From Azolla caroliniana (lineage: Eukaryota; Plantae; Polypodiophyta), in assembly GCA_043228905.1 (NCBI GenBank), contig JBHGNT010000024.1, positions 434,001-498,000 of the forward strand: 64,000 nucleotides of DNA, given 5' to 3'. Shown here piece after piece: positions 53,218-64,000 of the stretch. Made by a program: the position numbers and the translations under genes. Position 1 is the stretch's first letter, and every line of letters begins with the position of its first letter. The notes under the pieces were generated by a model. That model worked only from the letters and a program-made list of their open reading frames with translations. It searched no databases and was not told where the DNA came from.

Positions 53218-54601
53218 GGGCTCGTGTGATATCGGATTTTTGTGTTCAATCATGCAAATCGAAGCTAGCAACGCTAGCTATGATATGGAATTAAAAAATC
53301 AAGATTTTGAAACTCAGGTCGAGAGACATGAGGAAAATAGCAAACTTGAGGAGGGAGTTGAGAAGAGCTAGTAGGTAAATGAAAATGTTCATACCTGGCT
53401 CGTGTGATATCGGATTTTTGTGTTCAATCATGCAAATCGAAGCAAACAACGCTAGCTATGATATGGAATTAAAAAATCAAGATTTTGAAACTCAGGTCGA
53501 GAGACATGACGAAAATAGCAAACTTGAGGAGGGAGTTGAGAAGAGCTAGTAGGTAAATTAAAATGTTCATACCGGGCTCGTGTGATATCGGATTTTTGTG
53601 TTCAATCATGCCAATCGAAGCAAACAACGCTAGCTATGATATGGAATTAAAAAATCAAGATTTTGAAACTCAGGTCGAGAGACATGACGAAAATAGCAAA
53701 CTTGAGGAGGGAGTTGAGAAGAGCTAGTAGGTAAATTAAAATGTTCATACCTGGCTCGTGTGATATCGGATTTTTGTGTTCAATCATGCAAATCGAAGCT
53801 AGCAACGCTAGCTATGATATGGAATTAAAAAATCAAGATTTTGAAACTCAGGTCGAGAGACATGAGGAAAATAGCAAACTTGAGGAGGGAGTTGAGAAGA
53901 GCTAGTAGGTAAATGAAAATGTTCATACCTGGCTCGTGTGATATCGGATTTTTGTGTTCAATCATGCAAATCGAAGCAAACAACGCTAGCTATGATATGG
54001 AATTAAAAAATCAAGATTTTGAAACTCAGGTCGAGAGACATGACGAAAATAGCAAACTTGAGGAGGGAGTTGAGAAGAGCTAGTAGGTAAATTAAAATGT
54101 TCATACCTGGCTCGTGTGATATCGGATTCTTGTGTTCAAACATGCGAATCGAAGCTAACAACGCTACCTATGATATGGAAATAAAAAATCAAGATTTTGA
54201 AACTCAGGTCGAGAGACATGACGAAAATAGCAAACTTGAGGAGGGAGTTGAGAGGAGCCCTTGAGTAAATTAAAATGTTCATACCTGGCTCGTGTGATAT
54301 AGGATTTTTGTGTTCAACCATGCAAATCGAAGCTAGCAACGCTAGCTATGATATGGAATTAAAAAATCAAGATTTTGAAACTCAGGTCGAGAGACATGAG
54401 GAAAATAGCAAACTTGAGGAGGGAGTTGAGAAGAGCTAGTAGGTAAATGAAAATGTTCATACCTGGCTCGTGTGATATCGGATTTTTGTGTTCAATCATG
54501 CAAATCGAAGCAAACAACGCTAGCTATGATATGGAATTAAAAAATCAAGATTTTGAAACTCAGGTCGAGAGACATGACGAAAATAGCAAACTTGAGGAGG
54601 G

Positions 54602-57600
54602 AGTTGAGAAGAGCTAGTAGGTAAATTAAAATGTTCATACCGGGCTCGTGTGATATCGGATTTTTGTGTTCAATCATGCCAATCGAAGCAAACAACGCTA
54701 GCTATGATATGGAATTAAAAAATCAAGATTTTGAAACTCAGGTCGAGAGACATGACGAAAATAGCAAACTTGAGGAGGGAGTTGAGAAGAGCTAGTAGGT
54801 AAATTAAAATGTTCATACCTGGCTCGTGTGATATCGGATTTTTGTGTTCAATCATGCAAATCGAAGCTAGCAACGCTAGCTATGATATGGAATTAAAAAA
54901 TCAAGATTTTGAAACTCAGGTCGAGAGACATGAGGAAAATAGCAAACTTGAGGAGGGAGTTGAGAAGAGCTAGTAGGTAAATGAAAATGTTCATACCTGG
55001 CTCGTGTGATATCGGATTTTTGTGTTCAATCATGCAAATCGAAGCAAACAACGCTAGCTATGATATGGAATTAAAAAATCAAGATTTTGAAACTCAGGTC
55101 GAGAGACATGACGAAAATAGCAAACTTGAGGAGGGAGTTGAGAAGAGCTAGTAGGTAAATTAAAATGTTCATACCTGGCTCGTGTGATATCGGATTTTTG
55201 TGTTCAATCATGCAAATCGAAGCAAACAACGCTAGCTATGATATGGAATTAAAAAAAGAAGATTTTGAAACTCAGGTCGAGAGACATGACGAAAATAGCA
55301 AACTTGAGGAGGGAGTTGAGAAGAGCTAGTAGGTAAATTAAAATGTTCATACCTGGCTCGTGTGATATCGGATTTTTGTGTTCAACCATGCAAATCGAAG
55401 CTAGCAACGCTAGCTATGATATGGAATTAAAAAATCAGGATTTTGAAACTCAGGTCGAGAGACATGACGAAAATAGCAAACTTGAGGAGGGAGTTGAGAA
55501 GAGCTAGTAGGTAAATTAAAATGTTCATACCTGGCTCGTGTGATATCGGATTTTTGTGTTCAACCATGCAAATCGAAGCTAGCAACGCTAGCTATGATAT
55601 GGAATTAAAAAATCAGGATTTTGAAACTCAGGTCGAGAGACATGACGAAAATAGCAAACTTGAGGAGGGAGTTGAGAAGAGCTAGTAGGTAAATTAAAAT
55701 GTTCATACCTGGCTCGTGTGATATCGGATTTTTGTGTTCAACCATGCAAATCGAAGCTAGCAACGCTAGCTATGATATGGAATTAAAAAATCAAGATTTT
55801 GAAACTCAGGTCGAGAGACATGACGAAAATAGCAAACTTGAGGAGGGAGTTGAGAAGAGCTAGTAGGTAAATTAAAATGTTCATACCTGGCTCGTGTGAT
55901 ATCGGATTTCTGTGTTCAATCATGCAAATCGAAGCTAACAACGCTACCTATGATATGGAATTAAAAAAACAAGATTTTGAAACTCAGGTCGAGAGACATG
56001 ACGAAAATAGCAAACCTGAGGAGGGAGTTGAGAAGAGCTAGTAGGTAAATTAAAATGTTCATACCGGGCTCGTGTGATATCGGATGTTTGTGTTCAATCA
56101 TGCAAATCGAAGCTAGCAACGCTAGCTATGATATGGAATTAAAAAATCAAGATTTTGAAACTCAGATCGAGAGACATGACGAAAATAGCAAACTTGAGGA
56201 CTGAGTTGAGAAGAGCTAGTAGGTAAATAAAAATGTTCATACCTAGCTCGTGTGATATCAGATTTTTGTGTTCAAACATGCGAATCGAAGCTAACAACGC
56301 TACCTATGATATGGAATTAAAAAATCAAGATTTTGAAACTCAGGTCGAGAGACATGACGAAAATAGCAAACTTGAGGAGGGAGTTGAGAAGAGCTAGTAG
56401 GTAAATTAAAATGTTCATACCGGGCTCGTGTGATATCGGATTTTTGTGTTCAATCATGCCAATCGAAGCAAACAACGCTAGCTATGATATGGAATTAAAA
56501 AATCAAGATTTTGAAACTCAGGTCGAGAGACATGACGAAAATAGCAAACTTGAGGAGGGAGTTGAGAAGAGCTAGTAGGTAAATTAAAATGTTCATACCT
56601 GGCTCGTGTGATATCGGATTTTTGTGTTCAAACATGCGAATCGAAGCTAACAACGCTACCTATGATATGGAATTAAAAAATCAAGATTTTGAAACTCAGG
56701 TCGAGAGACATGACGAAATTACCAAATTTGAGGAGTGAGTTGAGAGGCGCCCTTGAGTAAATTAAAATGTTCATACCTGCGGCTCGTGTGATATCGGAGT
56801 TTTGTTGTCAAACATGCGAATCGAAGCTAACAACGCTAGCTATGATATGGAATTAAAAAATCAAGAATTTGAAACTCAGGTCGAGAGACATGACGAAATT
56901 ACCAAATTTGAGGAGTGAGTTGAGAAGAGGTAGTAGGTAAATTAAAATGTTCATACCTGGCTCGTGTCATCTCGACCTGTGTTCAAACATGCGAATCGAA
57001 GCTAACAACGCTACCTATGATATGGAATTAAAAAATCAAGATTTTGAAACTCAGGTCGAGAGACATGACGAAAATAGCAAACTTGAGGAAGGAGTTGAGA
57101 GGAGCCCTTGAGTAAATTAAAATGTTCATACCTGGCTCGTGTGATATCGGATTTTTGTGTTAAAACATGCGAATCTAAGCTAACAACGCTAGCTATGATA
57201 TGGAATTAAAAAATCAAGATTTTGAAACTCAGGTCGAGAGACATGACGAAAATAGCAAACTTGAGGAGGGAGTTGAGAGGAGCCCTTGAGTAAATTAAAA
57301 TGTTCATACCTGGCTCGTGTGATATCGGATTCTTGTGTTCAAACATGCGATTCGAAGCTGGCGACACTACCTATGATATGGAATTAAAAAATCAAGATTT
57401 TGAAACTCAGGTCGAGAGACATGACGAAAATAGCAAACTTGAGGAGGTAGTTGAGAAGAGCTAGTAGGTAAATTAAAATGTTCATACCGGGCTCGTGTGA
57501 TATCGGATTTTTGTGTTCAATCATGCCAATCGAAGCAAACAACGCTAGCTATGATATGGAATTAAAAAATCAAGATTTTGAAACTCAGGTCGAGAGACAT

Positions 57601-60600
57601 GACGAAAATAGCAAACTTGAGGAGGGAGTTGAGAAGAGCTAGTAGGTAAATTAAAATGTTCATACCTGGCTCGTGTGATATCGGATTTTTGTGTTCAATC
57701 ATGCAAATCGAAGCTAGCAACGCTAGCTATGATATGGAATTAAAAAATCAAGATTTTGAAACTCAGGTCGAGAGACATGAGGAAAATAGCAAACTTGAGG
57801 AGGGAGTTGAGAAGAGCTAGTAGGTAAATGAAAATGTTCATACCTGGCTCGTGTGATATCGGATTTTTGTGTTCAATCATGCAAATCGAAGCAAACAACG
57901 CTAGCTATGATATGGAATTAAAAAATCAAGATTTTGAAACTCAGGTCGAGAGACATGACGAAAATAGCAAACTTGAGGAGGGAGTTGAGAAGAGCTAGTA
58001 GGTAAATTAAAATGTTCATACCTGGCTCGTGTGATATCGGATTTTTGTGTTCAATCATGCAAATCGAAGCAAACAACGCTAGCTATGATATGGAATTAAA
58101 AAAAGAAGATTTTGAAACTCAGGTCGAGAGACATGACGAAAATAGCAAACTTGAGGAGGGAGTTGAGAAGAGCTAGTAGGTAAATTAAAATGTTCATACC
58201 TGGCTCGTGTGATATCGGATTTTTGTGTTCAACCATGCAAATCGAAGCTAGCAACGCTAGCTATGATATGGAATTAAAAAATCAGGATTTTGAAACTCAG
58301 GTCGAGAGACATGACGAAAATAGCAAACTTGAGGAGGGAGTTGAGAAGAGCTAGTAGGTAAATTAAAATGTTCATACCTGGCTCGTGTGATATCGGATTT
58401 TTGTGTTCAACCATGCAAATCGAAGCTAGCAACGCTAGCTATGATATGGAATTAAAAAATCAGGATTTTGAAACTCAGGTCGAGAGACATGACGAAAATA
58501 GCAAACTTGAGGAGGGAGTTGAGAAGAGCTAGTAGGTAAATTAAAATGTTCATACCTGGCTCGTGTGATATCGGATTTTTGTGTTCAACCATGCAAATCG
58601 AAGCTAGCAACGCTAGCTATGATATGGAATTAAAAAATCAAGATTTTGAAACTCAGGTCGAGAGACATGACGAAAATAGCAAACTTGAGGAGGGAGTTGA
58701 GAAGAGCTAGTAGGTAAATTAAAATGTTCATACCTGGCTCGTGTGATATCGGATTTCTGTGTTCAATCATGCAAATCGAAGCTAACAACGCTACCTATGA
58801 TATGGAATTAAAAAAACAAGATTTTGAAACTCAGGTCGAGAGACATGACGAAAATAGCAAACCTGAGGAGGGAGTTGAGAAGAGCTAGTAGGTAAATTAA
58901 AATGTTCATACCGGGCTCGTGTGATATCGGATGTTTGTGTTCAATCATGCAAATCGAAGCTAGCAACGCTAGCTATGATATGGAATTAAAAAATCAAGAT
59001 TTTGAAACTCAGATCGAGAGACATGACGAAAATAGCAAACTTGAGGACTGAGTTGAGAAGAGCTAGTAGGTAAATAAAAATGTTCATACCTAGCTCGTGT
59101 GATATCAGATTTTTGTGTTCAAACATGCGAATCGAAGCTAACAACGCTACCTATGATATGGAATTAAAAAATCAAGATTTTGAAACTCAGGTCGAGAGAC
59201 ATGACGAAAATAGCAAACTTGAGGAGGGAGTTGAGAAGAGCTAGTAGGTAAATTAAAATGTTCATACCGGGCTCGTGTGATATCGGATTTTTGTGTTCAA
59301 TCATGCCAATCGAAGCAAACAACGCTAGCTATGATATGGAATTAAAAAATCAAGATTTTGAAACTCAGGTCGAGAGACATGACGAAAATAGCAAACTTGA
59401 GGAGGGAGTTGAGAAGAGCTAGTAGGTAAATTAAAATGTTCATACCTGGCTCGTGTGATATCGGATTTTTGTGTTCAATCATGCAAATCGAAGCAAACAA
59501 CGCTAGCTATGATATGGAATTAAAAAATCAAGATTTTGAAACTCAGGTCGAGAGACATGACGAAAATAGCAAACTTGAGGAGGGAGTTGAGAAGAGCTAG
59601 TAGGTAAATTAAAATGTTCATACCTGGCTCGTGTGATATCGGATTTTTGTGTTCAATCATGCAAATCGAAGCAAACAACGCTAGCTATGATATGGAATTA
59701 AAAAATCAAGATTTTGAAACTCAGGTCGAGAGACATGACGAAAATAGCAAACTTGAGGAGGGAGTTGAGAGGAGCCCTTGAGTAAATTAAAATGTTCATA
59801 CCTGGCTCGTGTGATATCGGATTTTTCTGTTCAACCATGCAAATCGAAGCTAGCAACGCTAGCTATGATATGGAATTAAAAAATCAGGATTTTGAAACTC
59901 AGGTCGAGAGACATGACGAAAATAGCAAACTTGAGGAGGGAGTTGAGAAGAGCTAGTAGGTAAATTAAAATGTTCATACCTGGCTCGTGTGATATCGGAT
60001 TTTTGTGTTCAATCATGCAAATCGAAGCTAACAACGCTAGCTATGATATGGAATTAAAAAAACAAGATTTTGAAACTCAGGTCGAGAGACATGACGAAAA
60101 TAGCAAACTTGAGGAGGGAGTTGAGAAGAGCTAGTAGGTAAATTAAAATGTTCATACCGGGCTCGTGTGATATCGTATTTTTGTGTTCAATCATGCAAAT
60201 CGAAGCAAACAACGCTAGCTATGATATGGAATTAAAAAATCAAGATTTTGAAACTCAGGTCGAGAGACATGACGAAAATAGCAAACTTGAGAAGGGAGTT
60301 GAGAGGAGCCCTTGAGTAAATTAAAATGTTCATACCTGGCTCGTGTGATATCGGATTCTTGTGTTCAAACATGCGAATCGAAGCTAACAACGCTACCTAT
60401 GATATGGAATTAAAAAATCAAGATTTTCAAACTCAGGTCGAGAGACATGACGAAAATAGCAAACTTGAGGAGGGAGTTGAGAGGAGCCCTTGAGTAAATT
60501 AAAATGTTCATACCTGGCTCGTGTGATATCGGATTTTTGTGTTCAACCATGCAAATCGAAGCTAGCAACGCTAGCTATGATATGGAATTAAAAAATCAAG

Positions 60601-63600
60601 ATTTTGAAACTCAGGTCGAGAGACATGACGAAAATAGCAAACTTGAGGAGGGAGTTGAGAGGAGCCCTTGAGTAAATTAAAATGTTCATACCTGGCTCGT
60701 GTGATATCGGATTTTTGTGTTCAAACATGCGAATCGAAGCTGGCGACGCTACCTATGATATGGAATTAAAAAATCAAGATTTTGAAACTCAGGTCGAGAG
60801 ACATGACGAAAATAGCAAACTTGAGGAGGGAGTTGAGAAGAGCTAGTAGGTAAATGAAAATGTTCATACCTGGCTCGTGTGATATCGGATTTCTGTGTTC
60901 AATCATGCAAATCGAAGCTAACAACGCTACCTATGATATGGAATTAAAAAAACAAGATTTTGAAACTCAGGTCGAGAGACATGACGAAAATAGCAAACTT
61001 GAGGAGGGAGTTGAGAGGAGCCCTTGAGTAAATTAAAATGTTCATACCTGGCTCGTGTGATATCGGATTCTTGTGTTCAAACATGCGAATCGAAGCTAAC
61101 AACGCTACCTATGATATAGAATTAAAAAATCAAGATTTTGAAACTCAGGTCGAGAGACATGACGAAAATAGCAAACTTGAGGAGGGAGTTGAGAGGAGCC
61201 CTTGAGTAAATTAAAATGTTCATACCTGGCTCGTGTGATATCGGATTTTTGTGTTCAAACATGTGAATCGAAGCTAGCGACGCTACCTATGATATGGAAT
61301 TAAAAAATCAAGATTTTGAAACTCAGGTCGAGAGACATGACGAAATTACCAAATTTGAGGAGTGAGTTGAGAAGAGGTAGTAGGTAAATTAAAATGTTCA
61401 TACCTGGCTCGTGTCATATCGGATTTTTGTGTTAAAACATGCGAATCGAAGCTAACAACGCTAGCTATGATATGGAATTAAAAAATCAAGATTTTGAAAC
61501 TCAGGTCGAGAGACATGACGAAAATAGCAAACTTGAGGAGGGAGTTGAGAGGAGCCCTTGACAAAATTAAAATGTTCATACCTGGCTCGTGTGATATCGG
61601 ATTCTTGTGTTCAAACATGCGATTCGAAGCTGGCGACACTACCTATGATATGGAATTAAAAAATCAAGATTTTGAAACTCAGGTCGAGAGACATGACGAA
61701 AATAGCAAACTTGAGGAGGTAGTTGAGAAGAGCTAGTAGGTAAATTAAAATGTTCATACCTGGCTCGTGTGATATCGGATTCTTGTGTTCAAACATGCGA
61801 ATCGAAGCTAACAACGCTACCTATGATATGGAAATAAAAAATCAAGATTTTGAAACTCAGGTCGAGAGACATGACGAAAATAGCAAACTTGAGGAGGGAG
61901 TTGAGAGGAGCCCTTGAGTAAATTAAAATGTTCATACCTGGCTCGTGTGATATAGGATTTTTGTGTTCAACCATGCAAATCGAAGCTAGCAACGCTAGCT
62001 ATGATATGGAATTAAAAAATCAAGATTTTGAAACTCAGGTCGAGAGACATGAGGAAAATAGCAAACTTGAGGAGGGAGTTGAGAAGAGCTAGTAGGTAAA
62101 TGAAAATGTTCATACCTGGCTCGTGTGATATCGGATTTTTGTGTTCAATCATGCAAATCGAAGCAAACAACGCTAGCTATGATATGGAATTAAAAAATCA
62201 AGATTTTGAAACTCAGGTCGAGAGACATGACGAAAATAGCAAACTTGAGGAGGGAGTTGAGAAGAGCTAGTAGGTAAATTAAAATGTTCATACCCGGCTC
62301 GTGTGATATCGGATTTTTGTGTTCAATCATGCAAATCGAAGCAAACAACGCTAGCTATGATATGGAATTAAAAAAAGAAGATTTTGAAACTCAGGTCGAG
62401 AGACATGACGAAAATAGCAAACTTGAGGAGGGAGTTGAGAAGAGCTAGTAGGTAAATTAAAATGTTCATACCTGGCTCGTGTGATATCGGATTTTTGTGT
62501 TCAACCATGCAAATCGAAGCTAGCAACGCTAGCTATGATATGGAATTAAAAAATCAGGATTTTGAAACTCAGGTCGAGAGACATGACGAAAATAGCAAAC
62601 TTGAGGAGGGAGTTGAGAAGAGCTAGTAGGTAAATTAAAATGTTCATACCTGGCTCGTGTGATATCGGATTTTTGTGTTCAACCATGCAAATCGAAGCTA
62701 GCAACGCTAGCTATGATATGGAATTAAAAAATCAGGATTTTGAAACTCAGGTCGAGAGACATGACGAAAATAGCAAACTTGAGGAGGGAGTTGAGAAGAG
62801 CTAGTAGGTAAATTAAAATGTTCATACCTGGCTCGTGTGATATCGGATTTTTGTGTTCAACCATGCAAATCGAAGCTAGCAACGCTAGCTATGATATAGA
62901 ATTAAAAAATCAAGATTTTGAAACTCAGGTCCAGAGACATGACGAAAATAGCAAACTTGAGGAGGGAGTTGAGAAGAGCTAGTAGGTAAATGAAAATGTT
63001 CATACCTGGCTCGTGTGATATCGGATTTCTGTGTTCAATCATGCAAATCGAAGCTAACAACGCTAGCTATGATATGGAATTAAAAAAACAAGATTTTGAA
63101 ACTCAGGTCGAGAGACATGACGAAAATAGCAAACCTGAGGAGGGAGTTGAGAAGAGCTAGTAGGTAAATTAAAATGTTCATACCGGGCTTGTGTGATATC
63201 GGATTTTTGTGTTCAATCATGCAAATCGAAGCTAGCAACGCTAGCTATGATATGGAATTAAAAAATCAAGATTTTGAAACTCAGGTCGAGAGACATGACG
63301 AAAATAGCAAACTTGAGGAGGGAGTTGAGAAGAGCTAGTAGGTAAATTAAAATGTTCATACCGGGCTCGTGTGATATCGGATTTTTGTGTTCAATCATGC
63401 AAATCGAAGCAAACAACGCTAGCTATGATATGGAATTAAAAAATCAAGATTTTGAAACTCAGGTCGAGAGACATGACGAAAATAGCAAACTTGAGGAGGG
63501 AGTTGAGAAGAGCTAGTAGGTAAATTAAAATGTTCATACCTGGCTCGTGTGATATCGGATTCTTGTGTTCAAACATGCGAATCGAAGCTAACAACGCTAC

Positions 63601-64000
63601 CTATGATATGGAAATAAAAAATCAAGATTTTGAAACTCAGGTCGAGAGACATGACGAAAATAGCAAACTTGAGGAGGGAGTTGAGAGGAGCCCTTGAGTA
63701 AATTAAAATGTTCATACCTGGCTCGTGTGATATAGGATTTTTGTGTTCAACCATGCAAATCGAAGCTAGCAACGCTAGCTATGATATGGAATTAAAAAAT
63801 CAAGATTTTGAAACTCAGGTCGAGAGACATGAGGAAAATAGCAAACTTGAGGAGGGAGTTGAGAAGAGCTAGTAGGTAAATGAAAATGTTCATACCTGGC
63901 TCGTGTGATATCGGATTTTTGTGTTCAATCATGCAAATCGAAGCAAACAACGCTAGCTATGATATGGAATTAAAAAATCAAGATTTTGAAACTCAGGTCG
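54602..64000. repeat. Second copy of ~28437-37835 (offset 26165 bp = 147x178-1); continues past the window end
   Basis: Rare markers match in order at the same offset: ATGCCAATC 28511/54676, AGATC 29999/56164, CCTGC 30611/56776; ORFs 35329/61494, 35624/61789, 37404/63569. Confidence 0.94.

Larger units (their letters stand above)
1..64000. repeat. Tandem satellite DNA array, 178-bp monomer, about 360 copies, single orientation, running off both window ends; probable centromeric/pericentromeric satellite
   Basis: Motifs such as TGAAACTCAGGTCGAGAGACATGA and GGCTCGTGTGATATCGGATTTTTGTGTTCAA recur every 178 bp throughout, seen as a 2-base shift every three 60-base lines. No unique sequence anywhere. 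The centromeric assignment is inferred from monomer length and homogeneity only. Confidence 0.98.
28437..64000. repeat. Right satellite domain: 'GAGCTAGTAGGTAAAT' monomers with CAATCATG/CAACCATG and GCTAGCAAC/GCAAACAAC variants
   Basis: These diagnostic variants dominate from ~28.44 kb to the end. CAATCATG and CAACCATG were not seen before ~28.5 kb. Confidence 0.87.

Noticed and set aside
2033-63772. All 19 listed ORFs (67-81 aa)
   Set aside because: Each spans just over one monomer, mostly starts at TTG/GTG-type codons, and exists only where a variant removes a stop codon (e.g. GTAAATT to GTCAATT, or GAATTAA to GAAATAA/GAATAAA). 178 is not a multiple of 3, and I recognise no protein domain. 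They are useful only as variant markers.
1-64000. CRISPR array or other repeat-spacer/cassette system
   Set aside because: There are no unique spacers. The entire 178 bp is repeated with only a few substitutions, and no cas, recombinase or reverse transcriptase genes are present.
1-64000. Arabidopsis CEN178, primate alpha satellite or maize knob180 identity
   Set aside because: The length is similar, but the sequence does not match my recollection of those consensuses. Not verified by search.
1-64000. 5S rDNA, tRNA or snRNA tandem array
   Set aside because: No recognisable 5S, tRNA or snRNA sequence and no Pol III A/B/C boxes were identified in the monomer on either strand.
1-64000. Transposon insertion or strand inversion
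   Set aside because: The 178-bp phase is continuous and accounted for by the listed small indels. No LTR, TIR, target-site duplication or reverse-oriented monomer was seen.

Overview
The whole 64-kb window is one uninterrupted, single-orientation, head-to-tail tandem satellite array of about 360 monomers. The monomer is 178 bp and about 39% GC by my count of the first copy. Consensus: TATCGGATTTTTGTGTTCAAACATGCGAATCGAAGCTAACAACGCTACCTATGATATGGAATTAAAAAATCAAGATTTTGAAACTCAGGTCGAGAGACATGACGAAAATAGCAAACTTGAGGAGGGAGTTGAGAGGAGCCCTTGAGTAAATTAAAATGTTCATACCTGGCTCGTGTGA. I see no genes, RNA genes, transposons, CRISPR spacers or inversions, and all listed ORFs are chance read-throughs of the repeat. Monomer length and homogeneity are typical of a eukaryotic, plausibly plant, centromeric or pericentromeric satellite. 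That assignment is inference: I do not recognise the family, and it does not resemble Arabidopsis thaliana CEN178 as I recall it. The information is in the variants. There is a left domain (about 1-16.8 kb, 'GCCCTTGAG' monomers of two types), a diverged indel-bearing transition zone (about 16.8-28.4 kb) and a right domain (about 28.4-64 kb, 'GCTAGTAGG' monomers). Nested higher-order repeats occur at offsets of 3, 6, 8, 10, 12, 16, 18, 19, 33 and 147 monomers. The most unusual signals are variants that appear copied from the monomer's own reverse complement (template-switch or hairpin-perfecting changes). I found no evidence of a protein-coding system.
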